A DNA stretch of 64,000 bases from positions 10,844 to 74,843 of the forward strand of contig DAHXLB010000032.1 of the NCBI GenBank assembly GCA_027371855.1. Reading direction: 5' to 3'. The notes under the pieces were generated by a model. It did no database searches. It saw only the letters and a list, made by a program, of their open reading frames with translations, and was not told the DNA's origin. Positions within the stretch are counted from its first letter, which is position 1. Every line of letters begins with the position of its first letter. The position numbers and the translations under genes were made by a program. This DNA is from a bacterium (lineage in GTDB: Bacteria > Patescibacteriota > Dojkabacteria > JAKAPS01 > JAJZLI01). Positions 18,837 through 27,576 of the stretch are shown in pieces.

Positions 18837-19826
18837 ATGGATAAACATGAAATAGCAATAATTGGACTTGGAAAAATGGGATTAAATCTAGCCTTGAATC
18901 TTCAGGATAAGGGGATGTATGTTTACGGTTATAATAGAAGTGAAGATGGTCGGGTTGAGGCATCAAAAAATGGTATAAAGACAGCTACTTCAACAGAAGA
19001 GCTAATTTCTTTTTTTGAAGGGAGAAAAAAGGTTATCTGGATAATGGTTCCTCAGGGAGCGCCTGTAGAGGCAGTTTTATTTGATGACAATGAGGGTATA
19101 GTTAAACAACTAAAAACCGAAGATTTAATAATTGATGGGGGAAACTCATATTTTAGAGATTCAATTTCAAGGCATGAAAAACTTGAAGCTGCAGGTATTG
19201 ATTTTTTAGATTGTGGAACTAGTGGTGGAATGCTTGGAGCAAGATCAGGTGCATGTTTGATGATTGGGGGAGACCAAAATGTTTTTGATAGTCACAAATG
19301 GATTTTTGAGGCAGTTGCAGAGAAAAATGGATATTTATATATTGGACCTGCCGGGTCTGGACATTATGTTAAGATGATCCACAACGCTATAGAGTATGGG
19401 ATGATGCAGTCAATAGCAGAAGGACTTAATCTTATAAAAAATGGGGAGTACAAAGATATAGACATAAAAAATCTCTTAGGCGTATGGAATCATGGCAGTA
19501 TTATAGAATCATATCTAACAAAGATTACTCAAGAACAGATGGGTCAATATTCTCCAAATTTGGATGAAATTGAAGGCATAGTAGAGGACAATGGAGAGGG
19601 GGCATGGACGTTGAAAGAGGCCATTGATAAAAGGGTGCCTTTTGAGACAGTATCTCACGCATTGTTTTCTAGATTTTCATCAAAAGGGAATAGTCTTTAT
19701 GCAAATAAAGTTTTGGCTCTAATGAGAAATGGCTTTGGGGGGCATAGGCTGATCAAAGAGAATAATGGTTCTCCCGTCTTAGGTCCAATAGACCAAGATC
19801 CAAAGGACCAAGAACTAAGAGTCTAG
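18837..19826 (+). CDS. gnd: 6-phosphogluconate dehydrogenase (decarboxylating, short type)
   Basis: IGLGKMG, IDGGNS, DCGTSGG, GHYVKMIHNAIEYG, MRNGFGGH. Confidence 0.95.
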   Translation: MDKHEIAIIGLGKMGLNLALNLQDKGMYVYGYNRSEDGRVEASKNGIKTATSTEELISFFEGRKKVIWIMVPQGAPVEAVLFDDNEGIVKQLKTEDLIIDGGNSYFRDSISRHEKLEAAGIDFLDCGTSGGMLGARSGACLMIGGDQNVFDSHKWIFEAVAEKNGYLYIGPAGSGHYVKMIHNAIEYGMMQSIAEGLNLIKNGEYKDIDIKNLLGVWNHGSIIESYLTKITQEQMGQYSPNLDEIEGIVEDNGEGAWTLKEAIDKRVPFETVSHALFSRFSSKGNSLYANKVLALMRNGFGGHRLIKENNGSPVLGPIDQDPKDQELRV

Positions 19827-19888
19827 GCTCAAAGGACCTAGGCCCAAGGATCTAGATCCAAGGGGTCTGGACCTAAGCATCTATATGC
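19775..19888. repeat. eight-unit mini-palindrome array across gnd stop
   Basis: 12-bp units at 19775, 19790, 19805, 19819, 19834, 19848, 19863 and 19877, separated by 2-3 nt A-rich spacers. Confidence 0.9.
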
Positions 19889-19915
19889 AAAATTAATTTT
19901 ATTAAAAAAAGTATT

Positions 19916-20581
19916 ATGAAAATTTTTATTGATAGTGCAGATACAAAAGAGATAAAGAAACTTGTAGCTTTAAAGGTTATAGATGGGTTAACCACTAATC
20001 CTACATTGGCATCAAAAAGTGGGAAGAAATACGCTGATCTTGTAAATGAAATATTTGGAATTATGCCGGAAGACAGTATTATAAACTTAGAGGTTATAAA
20101 TACAGACTATGAAGGCATTTTATCCCAAGCAAGACTTCTTGCATCCCTAGATAAAAGAGTTGTGGTAAAAATACCATGTATACCCGAGGGATTAAAAGCT
20201 TGTAAAACTTTATCTTCTGAGGGTATACGTGTGAATATAACCTTAGTTTTCTCTTCTATGCAGGCATTGCTCGTAGCAAAGGCTGGAGCATATTTTGTTT
20301 CCCCTTTTGTAGGGAGATTAGACGATATATCTGAAGATGGAGTTGGTGCTGTAGAAGACATGGTTCAAGTTTATGATAATTATGATTTCAAGACACAAAT
20401 ACTTTTTGCATCTATAAGATCAGTAGAACACATAAGACAAGCTTGTCTTATGGGGGTTGACGCTATAACATCTCCCTACCAGTTTATTATGGAGATGTAT
20501 AATCACCCCTTAACAGACAAAGGCTTAAAACAGTTCCTTGATGACTGGCACAATTCTGGAGAAGAATTTATAACAAAATAA
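19916..20581 (+). CDS. tal: transaldolase (FSA/TalC family)
   Basis: TTNPTL, VVKIP, VNITLVFS, VSPFVGRLDD; Glu (NLEV) and Phe (SPF) residues are typical of transaldolase rather than FSA. Confidence 0.9.
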   Translation: MKIFIDSADTKEIKKLVALKVIDGLTTNPTLASKSGKKYADLVNEIFGIMPEDSIINLEVINTDYEGILSQARLLASLDKRVVVKIPCIPEGLKACKTLSSEGIRVNITLVFSSMQALLVAKAGAYFVSPFVGRLDDISEDGVGAVEDMVQVYDNYDFKTQILFASIRSVEHIRQACLMGVDAITSPYQFIMEMYNHPLTDKGLKQFLDDWHNSGEEFITK

Positions 20582-20585
20582 AATC

Positions 20586-21911
20586 ATGATTAAATACGAT
20601 TACACCAATATGCTTTATCCTAAGGTACAGGATAAGGCTATAAAAAAAGAAGATCTCTTTGATTTTGTATCACCCACATTTAGAAAGGAGGACCTTACAT
20701 TTAGGGACTTGATATATAAAGATACTGCAGATATTAAGGCTCTTGGGGAGCATATAAAAGAAAAATTTAAAAAATATGTAGTTGTAGGAATTGGAGGGTC
20801 AGATTTAGGGTCAAGGGCAATAGTTGGGGCCTTAAAACAAAAAAGTGATACTAAGGTTGATTTTATAGGTGCAAATACGGATCCTGATCAGGTTTCGGAT
20901 TTTTTTAATAATCTTGATGATCTAGATAAAACAGTTTTTAATATTATCTCTAAGTCCGGAGAGACAGTGGAAGTAATAGCTATATTTTTATATATTATAA
21001 ATTTCATTAAAGAGAAATTGGGTGCTCAATATGTGAGCAAAAATATTTATGTAACAACAAGTTCTCCCACTGGAGGGGCCAAAGAAAGTTCTCTTTATAA
21101 AGTTGCACAAAAAGAAGGCATTAATATAATAGAAGGTGTTTCTGATGTAGGAGACAGATTTTCTGTATTATCAGTCATAGGGATGTTAACAGCCGAAGTG
21201 ATGGGTCTAGATTCAGAAGAATTCCTTTCTGGTGCAAGAGAAGTTGATGATAAATGTTCAAGTTTAAGTCCATATTCCAATGATGCATTGATGTTTGCAG
21301 AGCTTAATTTTTTATCTCATAAATTATATGGTAAAAATATAGGCGTAGTTATGCCATATGCTGAAAAGCTAAGGAGTTTTGCTTTTTGGTATAGGCAACT
21401 TTGGGCAGAAAGTTTGGGGAAGAAACTTGATATAAACGGGAGTATTGTAAATACTGGAATAACCCCAATAGCATCGCTCGGGTCGACAGACCAACACTCT
21501 CAATTACAATTGTACAATGAAGGACCAAATGATTTAATAGTAACCTTTATTTTTGGAGAAATCTTTGATACTGATCCACGAATAAAAACAGATATAAAAG
21601 AACTTGAATATCTTAATGGGAAAGGCTTCAGAGAATTAATTTCTATAGAAAGAGAGGCTACAGCATTGTCATTGCGCGAAAACCAAAGATCAAACGGAAC
21701 AATTATCTTAGATAATATGTCTCCAAAGACTATGGGTAGACTTTTTTATTTTTTTGAACTTGCATGCTCGTATCTTGGGAGTATGTTGGAAATAGATACT
21801 TTCAATCAACCAGGGGTTGAGAAAGGAAAGGAATACATGTATGCCTTACTTTCAAAACCAGGATTTGAAGAAGAAAGGCAAGTTTTGGATAAGAATTTAA
21901 AAGATGATTAA
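20586..21911 (+). CDS. pgi: glucose-6-phosphate isomerase
   Basis: GIGGSDLG, SKSGET, QLWAESLGK, DQHSQLQ, FNQPGVEKGK. Confidence 0.95.
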   Translation: MIKYDYTNMLYPKVQDKAIKKEDLFDFVSPTFRKEDLTFRDLIYKDTADIKALGEHIKEKFKKYVVVGIGGSDLGSRAIVGALKQKSDTKVDFIGANTDPDQVSDFFNNLDDLDKTVFNIISKSGETVEVIAIFLYIINFIKEKLGAQYVSKNIYVTTSSPTGGAKESSLYKVAQKEGINIIEGVSDVGDRFSVLSVIGMLTAEVMGLDSEEFLSGAREVDDKCSSLSPYSNDALMFAELNFLSHKLYGKNIGVVMPYAEKLRSFAFWYRQLWAESLGKKLDINGSIVNTGITPIASLGSTDQHSQLQLYNEGPNDLIVTFIFGEIFDTDPRIKTDIKELEYLNGKGFRELISIEREATALSLRENQRSNGTIILDNMSPKTMGRLFYFFELACSYLGSMLEIDTFNQPGVEKGKEYMYALLSKPGFEEERQVLDKNLKDD

Positions 21912-23328
21912 TAAGCACTGTAACAAAAACAAAAAAGAGTCTCTAGGTATTTTTGTTTTTGGCGCTACAGGGGATTTAGCACATAAAAAACTATTTCCTT
22001 CTCTCTTTAATCTCTATAAAAATATGATGATAAATCATGAAATAGAGATTTTTGCAATCGGGAGGAAAGATTTTTCTGATTCAAGTTTTAATTCTACGCT
22101 TAGGGGATACATAAAAGAAGCATTAATACATGATCATCTTAAAGAGGAGGATTTAGATAAATTTTTTTCAAAAATTCACTATATAAATCTTGATTTTCAG
22201 AATTTAGAAGATATAAAAAAACTCAAAGGAATATATCCCAATGATTGTTTTTCTAAAATTTTCTACTTAGCGGTACCACCCATATCTTATAAAATAATTA
22301 GTAAAAACCTTGAAGACTCGGGGCTAAACAAACAATGTAGCGACCATAATACATTTTCGAGGATAGTATTAGAAAAACCTTTTGGTACAGATCTAAAATC
22401 TGCAGAAGATCTTAATAAAACATTGGTATCTGGGTTTTCAGAAAAACAGATATACAGGATTGATCACTATCTTGGGAAAGAACCTGTACAAAATATATTT
22501 TCTTTTAGATTTGCAAATAATATTTTTGAGAACATATGGAATAATAAATACATAGATAGTATTCAGATACAATTATTAGAAGATATTGGGATTGGTGAAA
22601 GAGGAGCTTTTTATGATGCAACTGGGGTAATAATAGATGTTTTTCAGAATCATATTTTACAGATGTTAGCAATTTTAACTATGAATAAACCTAAGATTTT
22701 TGAAGAAGATCGTATTAGGTATGAGAAGAATTCCTTAATATCCAGAATCTTAATAACGGATGTTATTAAAGGACAATATGAAGGATATAGGGAAGAACAA
22801 AATGTTGACCCTCATTCAAAAAGAGATACTTTTGTTGCAATGAAGCTTAATATTCAAAGTAGAAGATGGGACGGAGTCCCTATCTATATAAAAACAGGCA
22901 AACTGTTAAACATAAAAAAAACCATTATCTCCGTAGTATTTAAAAATACGAAAAAAGAACTATTTAAGGGTCAATTTAAAGGGGATATACTTTCTTTTAT
23001 AATTCAGCCAGATCTTGGAATAAAATTGAATTTTGCTGGCAAGGTGCCTGGAATGGACTACCAGATTACTGATATACAAATGGAGTATAAATATTCTGAT
23101 TATTTTGGAGAGTTAAAAAGTGAGTATGAAAAATTATTAACAGACTGTATTCTTGGTAATCAAATGAATTTTACAAGAACTGACGAGATTGAAAATTCAT
23201 GGAGAATTGTAGATAAAATTGAAAGAAATATTAAAGACCGAGAGCCTTTGGTATATACAAAGAACTCTGATGGGCCCAAAGAAGCCGATGATTTAATAGA
23301 AAAAGATCATAGATCTTGGATTTTATGA
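21904..23328 (+). CDS. zwf: glucose-6-phosphate 1-dehydrogenase
   Basis: FGATGDLA, LEKPFG, IYRIDHYLGKE, QNHILQ, RWDGVP. Confidence 0.97.
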   Translation: MINKHCNKNKKESLGIFVFGATGDLAHKKLFPSLFNLYKNMMINHEIEIFAIGRKDFSDSSFNSTLRGYIKEALIHDHLKEEDLDKFFSKIHYINLDFQNLEDIKKLKGIYPNDCFSKIFYLAVPPISYKIISKNLEDSGLNKQCSDHNTFSRIVLEKPFGTDLKSAEDLNKTLVSGFSEKQIYRIDHYLGKEPVQNIFSFRFANNIFENIWNNKYIDSIQIQLLEDIGIGERGAFYDATGVIIDVFQNHILQMLAILTMNKPKIFEEDRIRYEKNSLISRILITDVIKGQYEGYREEQNVDPHSKRDTFVAMKLNIQSRRWDGVPIYIKTGKLLNIKKTIISVVFKNTKKELFKGQFKGDILSFIIQPDLGIKLNFAGKVPGMDYQITDIQMEYKYSDYFGELKSEYEKLLTDCILGNQMNFTRTDEIENSWRIVDKIERNIKDREPLVYTKNSDGPKEADDLIEKDHRSWIL

Positions 23329-23934
23329 AATGCTGTTTAATGTAACTATTGCATCTTTAATATTTTGAGCTTTATATATTGATGAATTAGATACGGCATA
23401 GCTAGCTCCACTGTCCATTATCATTTTTATATTATCCTCTTTTACTCCCCCGTCTACTCCTATTGTTTTTACTAGTTCTTTCTTTAGAAAAGCAACCTTA
23501 TCTAATGTAGGTTTATTAAATAATTGCCCAGAAAGTCCTATTTCAACTGACATTATTAAAAACCCATCTACTATAGGAATATATTTTTTTTGTTCTGTAA
23601 TATCAGTGTTTAAATCTACTCCAGCAAAAATTTCCCAATTACCTTTCAATTTTGTGACTTCATTTTCAAAATCTGGAATTTCTACATGGACAATAATTGT
23701 TTGAGGGTTTAGTCTTTCAATATCTTCTTTATATAAAGAAGGATTATTGACCATTAAGTGTAGTTCTAGTTTAATACCTTTAATACTGGGTATTTCATTA
23801 AGATTCAGAGTTTTCTCTTTCGTTAATGTTCCATCCATTATATCTATATGTACCTTGCTTGATAAATTCTTGGCGAAAGATATTTCTTCTAAAAGTTCTA
23901 ATTTTTTTGTTGTTAATATTGCAGGAATAACCAT
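23323..23934 (-). CDS. rpe: ribulose-phosphate 3-epimerase
   Basis: PAIL, HIDIMDG, HLMV, MSV-x2-G-x-SGQ, VDGGV. Confidence 0.9.
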   Translation of the reverse strand: MVIPAILTTKKLELLEEISFAKNLSSKVHIDIMDGTLTKEKTLNLNEIPSIKGIKLELHLMVNNPSLYKEDIERLNPQTIIVHVEIPDFENEVTKLKGNWEIFAGVDLNTDITEQKKYIPIVDGFLIMSVEIGLSGQLFNKPTLDKVAFLKKELVKTIGVDGGVKEDNIKMIMDSGASYAVSNSSIYKAQNIKDAIVTLNSIS

Positions 23935-23935
23935 A

Positions 23936-24367
23936 TTAGCTCATTTCCTTTACTCTTCTTCTATATCTTTTAATATTTTTGAAATTTGTATTTATAAATG
24001 TTTTTACAATATCTTTGTAATCTTCGCTGCTATCAAACATCATTGCGGAAAAAACAAGAACATTCGCGTCGTCTTCTTCTCTAGATAATTTTGCAAAAGT
24101 TTTGTTATTACATAAAGCTGCTCTTATCCACTTGAATCTATTTACTGCTATCTCCATTCCTTCTCCGGATCTACACACCAATATTCCCATACTGTCTTTT
24201 TCGGCTTTCATTCTTTCTGCAAGAGACTGAGCATATAATGGATAATCGTCTTCTTTTATAAATTCAAAAGGTCCAAGGTCAAAGTAGCTAATTTTCTCTA
24301 AATTGAGAAATGATATAATCTGTAGTTTTAAATGAAACCCTGCATGGTCTGATGATAAATAAATCAT
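23936..24367 (-). CDS. rpiB: ribose-5-phosphate isomerase B
   Basis: SDHAGF, DDYP, CRSGEGM, NRFKWIRAA, DANVL. Confidence 0.92.
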   Translation of the reverse strand: MIYLSSDHAGFHLKLQIISFLNLEKISYFDLGPFEFIKEDDYPLYAQSLAERMKAEKDSMGILVCRSGEGMEIAVNRFKWIRAALCNNKTFAKLSREEDDANVLVFSAMMFDSSEDYKDIVKTFINTNFKNIKRYRRRVKEMS

Positions 24368-24513
24368 AGTTTTATTATATACTAAAATATACCAATACTT
24401 TAGTGAAAATACAAATTACAAAAGTTAGTAAATATTGATATAAAAGCTTTAAGATTAGTAAATTTGCTGATAACCTATTAATACTGTATAATTTACGAGT
24501 TATATAAAATATT

Positions 24514-24696
24514 ATGAAAAGAACATACCAGCCAAAAAAACTTAAAACTCTAAGGAAATTTGGTTTTATGGCAAGAATGTCTACCCATGGTGGAAGAAAT
24601 GTTATAAAGAGAAGAAAGCTAAAAGGAAGGACAGAACTTTCAATTTCTGATGTGTTCAGGAAAATTGGGAAAAAGCCTAGAAATAAGATAAGATAA
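24514..24696 (+). CDS. rpmH: 50S ribosomal protein L34 (C-terminally extended)
   Basis: MKRTYQP...[23 protein letters not shown]. Confidence 0.95.
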   Translation: MKRTYQPKKLKTLRKFGFMARMSTHGGRNVIKRRKLKGRTELSISDVFRKIGKKPRNKIR

Positions 24697-24703
24697 AGGT
24701 GAT

Positions 24704-25096
24704 ATGTTACCTTCAAGAAACAGGCTCAGAAAGGGATTTTTAAGAATCTATAAAGACAAAAAAAAGGTTGTTAATCCAATGTTCCTGCTTTTTTATAAAG
24801 AAAATGAAAAAGGGTACCCTAGGGTTGGTTTTGTTATAAGAAAAAAATTAGGGAAGGCTCATTTAAGAAATAAAGTTAAGAGGGAGTTTAGATCTATTGT
24901 AAGAGAAAAACTTACAGATGATGATAATTTTAAAAGTATGGGATGTGACTTTATTTTTCTTGTGAATCATAACCTAACCAAGCTAGATTCAACTAAGAAG
25001 GAATCGTTTGAATGGGGAGATATAAAATACATAGATATAAAAACTAATATAATAAATGCATTCACGGAGGTATCCGTACAAATAGATAAAATATAA
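24704..25096 (+). CDS. rnpA: ribonuclease P protein component
   Basis: MLPSRNRL, PRVGFVI-x-KK-x-GKAHLRNKVKR; synteny with rpmH and yidC. Confidence 0.9.
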   Translation: MLPSRNRLRKGFLRIYKDKKKVVNPMFLLFYKENEKGYPRVGFVIRKKLGKAHLRNKVKREFRSIVREKLTDDDNFKSMGCDFIFLVNHNLTKLDSTKKESFEWGDIKYIDIKTNIINAFTEVSVQIDKI

Positions 25097-26001
25097 TGGG
25101 ATCATTTTTTATAACAATTTGGAGCAGCATTATTTCTTTTTGGAATGTTATATTTTTTCACCCAATTTTAAATATATTGGTTGGACTATATAAAGTTTCT
25201 GGAGGAAATTTTGGTATTGCTGTAATACTTCTTACTATAATACTAAGACTACTTTTGTGGCCACTTTTAAAAGCACAAATCCAGTCTGCCAAAAATATGG
25301 CAAAAATTCAGCCAAGAATTAAGGAGATACAAAAAAAATACAAGAATGATGTTTTAAAACTTCGAGAAGAGCAGATGAAGATATTTAAAGAAGAAGGAGT
25401 AAACCCTGCAGGGAGCTGTTTATCTGTTGTCGTACAATTTCCCTTTTTAATAGGTGTTTATGAAGCTATTATTATCATGAGTCATAATGGGGCTACGTAT
25501 ATAAATAAGTTAATGTATTTTCCGTTTTTACACTACCCTTCAAATTATCATTATAATTTAAGTTTTTTTGTAATAAATGTTGGAAAGGCTGCTGCAGATT
25601 TTTCAATTTCAAACATACAAATAGTCCCATACATTATTCTTGCTCTTTTAGTAGGGTATTCTCAATATCTATCTACTAAGGTTTCTCTGCCTATCACTGA
25701 AAATAAGATAGAGGAAGAGATTACCTCTCTAGAGATTAAGGATGCAAAAGGGGCCAAGGGGAAAGAGGCCAAGAAATCTGCGTTATCAATGGATCCTTCA
25801 GATATGGGAAATATGATGACTAAGCAAATGCTTTATATCATGCCTGTATTTACAGCTGTTATATCCCTAGGAATTCTTGGAAACATACCGTCTGCATTGT
25901 CTTTGTACTGGATGGTTCAAGCATTCTTTATTTTTTTCCAGTCAAAAATTATGACAATGGGACAGAAAAAGATACTATCCTCTACTCCTAAGCTAGAATA
26001 A
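25096..26001 (+). CDS. yidC: membrane protein insertase YidC/Oxa1 (short form)
   Basis: GIAVILLTIILRLLLWPL, QPRIKEIQKKYK, NPAGSCL, SALSLYW. Confidence 0.93.
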   Translation: MGSFFITIWSSIISFWNVIFFHPILNILVGLYKVSGGNFGIAVILLTIILRLLLWPLLKAQIQSAKNMAKIQPRIKEIQKKYKNDVLKLREEQMKIFKEEGVNPAGSCLSVVVQFPFLIGVYEAIIIMSHNGATYINKLMYFPFLHYPSNYHYNLSFFVINVGKAAADFSISNIQIVPYIILALLVGYSQYLSTKVSLPITENKIEEEITSLEIKDAKGAKGKEAKKSALSMDPSDMGNMMTKQMLYIMPVFTAVISLGILGNIPSALSLYWMVQAFFIFFQSKIMTMGQKKILSSTPKLE

Positions 26002-26002
26002 T

Positions 26003-26749
26003 TTAGTTACTCCCTTTGTACAAATCTTTCCACTCTTCAAATGATAATTGATGAGCTCTGTATTTAGAGTACTTCTCATCAATATCTGGAATTGAAGATT
26101 TAAGCATCTTTGGTGGATTTAAAAATCCTCTTCTAATGAAGTGTTCAAAGCTAGATTCATCCAAAGATTTGCCGTGTATATTAGATATATATACAATACC
26201 AGAATCAACTTTAGGAATAGGGGTAAATTTATCTTTTGTAATTATACCTCTAAACTCTATTTTGTCTGCATAGATACGTAATGTGTTATAGAGTAGATTT
26301 CCAGGAGTTGTGTATTTTAGTGCAACCTCTTTTTGTAGGATAACAGATATTGACTGGGGCCTTATTTCTCCTTTTAGAAAAAAAGATATTATATCCTTAG
26401 ATATATAATAAGGAAGTGCTCCTATAAGCTTATAATCCTTAATTTTATTTTTAAATAAGTCTTTGAGATCTAGCGTTAATACATCCTGATTTATTATATC
26501 AATATTCTCATTTTTAAATTTCTCTTTCAATATATTAACTAACGATGAATCTATTTCTACAAGGGTTATATTTTTTGTTTTCAAAATAAGGGACGAGGTA
26601 ATGAATCCCAAGCCTGGGCCAACCTCTATAACGGTATCAGCATTCTTGATATCGGACAAGAGTGTGGTGGCAGCAGTTTTGTCTAAAAGATAATTTTGAC
26701 CTAGAGTTGAACGTGGTTTAGAACCTAAGGTCATATTTTTAAAAGCCAT
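26003..26749 (-). CDS. rsmA: 16S rRNA adenine dimethyltransferase
   Basis: LGQNYL, EVGPGLG, VEID, LPYYIS, QKEVA, F-x-PIPKVDS. Confidence 0.9.
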   Translation of the reverse strand: MAFKNMTLGSKPRSTLGQNYLLDKTAATTLLSDIKNADTVIEVGPGLGFITSSLILKTKNITLVEIDSSLVNILKEKFKNENIDIINQDVLTLDLKDLFKNKIKDYKLIGALPYYISKDIISFFLKGEIRPQSISVILQKEVALKYTTPGNLLYNTLRIYADKIEFRGIITKDKFTPIPKVDSGIVYISNIHGKSLDESSFEHFIRRGFLNPPKMLKSSIPDIDEKYSKYRAHQLSFEEWKDLYKGSN

Positions 26750-26752
26750 AAT

Positions 26753-27019
26753 TTATGGTCCAAAAATATTAGGTAGAGAAGGAGGCACTGCATAGCTCGT
26801 ACCTGAATAGAGCTGTTTATTTTTTATTATATTATCAAGTTTCACAAAAGATACTGTATTTATTGTAGGAGAGGAAGGAACTGTAAATGGTGTATTGTTG
26901 GGGTTGTTATAGATGGGAGATAGGATAATAAGATTTATTATGACAATTATTACCAGTGTTACTATTTTGATTATTGTAATTGTGTGGTTATTTAGATTTA
27001 TAGATTTTTTTGTTTTCAT
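26753..27019 (-). CDS. small single-TM protein at end of pilMNO cluster (PilP position)
   Basis: One TM; ends ...PNIFGP; overlaps the upstream gene by 4 nt. Confidence 0.55.
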   Translation of the reverse strand: MKTKKSINLNNHTITIIKIVTLVIIVIINLIILSPIYNNPNNTPFTVPSSPTINTVSFVKLDNIIKNKQLYSGTSYAVPPSLPNIFGP

Positions 27020-27576
27020 TGGGTGTAGAGTATTAATGTTATAGAGGTATTAATTATGTTAGTGGCAGGCTGTTCATCAATACTAAATGCTGTAATATCA
27101 GTATAGAAGTATGAGTTTTGGAGTAATGTCATAAATTCTATAACATTTGGAAAAGGGCCTTGGAGGTTTATATTTACAGTAAGTGCTTGAGGTCCAGTTG
27201 TTACAGGAGCTATACCTCCAGAGACAGAAATTCCAGACTTTGAAATTATTGCAGATTGAAAGACAAGTTGATTCTTTAATCCTACAAGAGCTGCCATATT
27301 ATCTTCTTGTTGAGCCCAAGTTATTATAGTATTGTTGGAAGGAAGAGTTCCTGCTAGATACTGTATTTTTTTCTTATAAGCAGTTTCATTTTTAAGCATC
27401 ATAAGGTCTTGTGTATTTTTATTTTGTAGTGTTGAAACTTGATTTGCCAATGTAGTTTTCTGTGCAATTGAAGATGTATACATATTGTAAGAAAATTGTA
27501 AGAAATACAAAACCCCTACTGTGACTATCAGATAAAATAAATATTTTTTATATTGTAATATATTTATATTGTTCAT
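27016..27576 (-). CDS. type IV pilus assembly protein PilO-like
   Basis: N-terminal TM, coiled coil, LP motif, INLQGPF-x-NVIEFM-x2-LQN; follows pilMN. Confidence 0.7.
   Translation of the reverse strand: MNNINILQYKKYLFYLIVTVGVLYFLQFSYNMYTSSIAQKTTLANQVSTLQNKNTQDLMMLKNETAYKKKIQYLAGTLPSNNTIITWAQQEDNMAALVGLKNQLVFQSAIISKSGISVSGGIAPVTTGPQALTVNINLQGPFPNVIEFMTLLQNSYFYTDITAFSIDEQPATNIINTSITLILYTQ

Noticed and set aside
19775-19888. Palindrome arrays as a CRISPR array
   Set aside because: Units are 12 bp with 2-3 nt spacers, not 23-50 bp repeats with unique spacers; there are no cas genes in the window.
24375-24716. 113-aa minus-strand ORF and the other antisense or nested ORFs in the track (e.g. 3051..3314, 6791..7321, 31494..31931, 37210..37716, 53964..54875, 61754..62131, 62803..63048)
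   Set aside because: They overlap well-supported genes and show no motifs; treated as shadows.
24811-24825. GGGTACCCTAGGGT in rnpA as a repeat unit
   Set aside because: It encodes the conserved PRVG motif of RnpA, so protein constraint could explain it.
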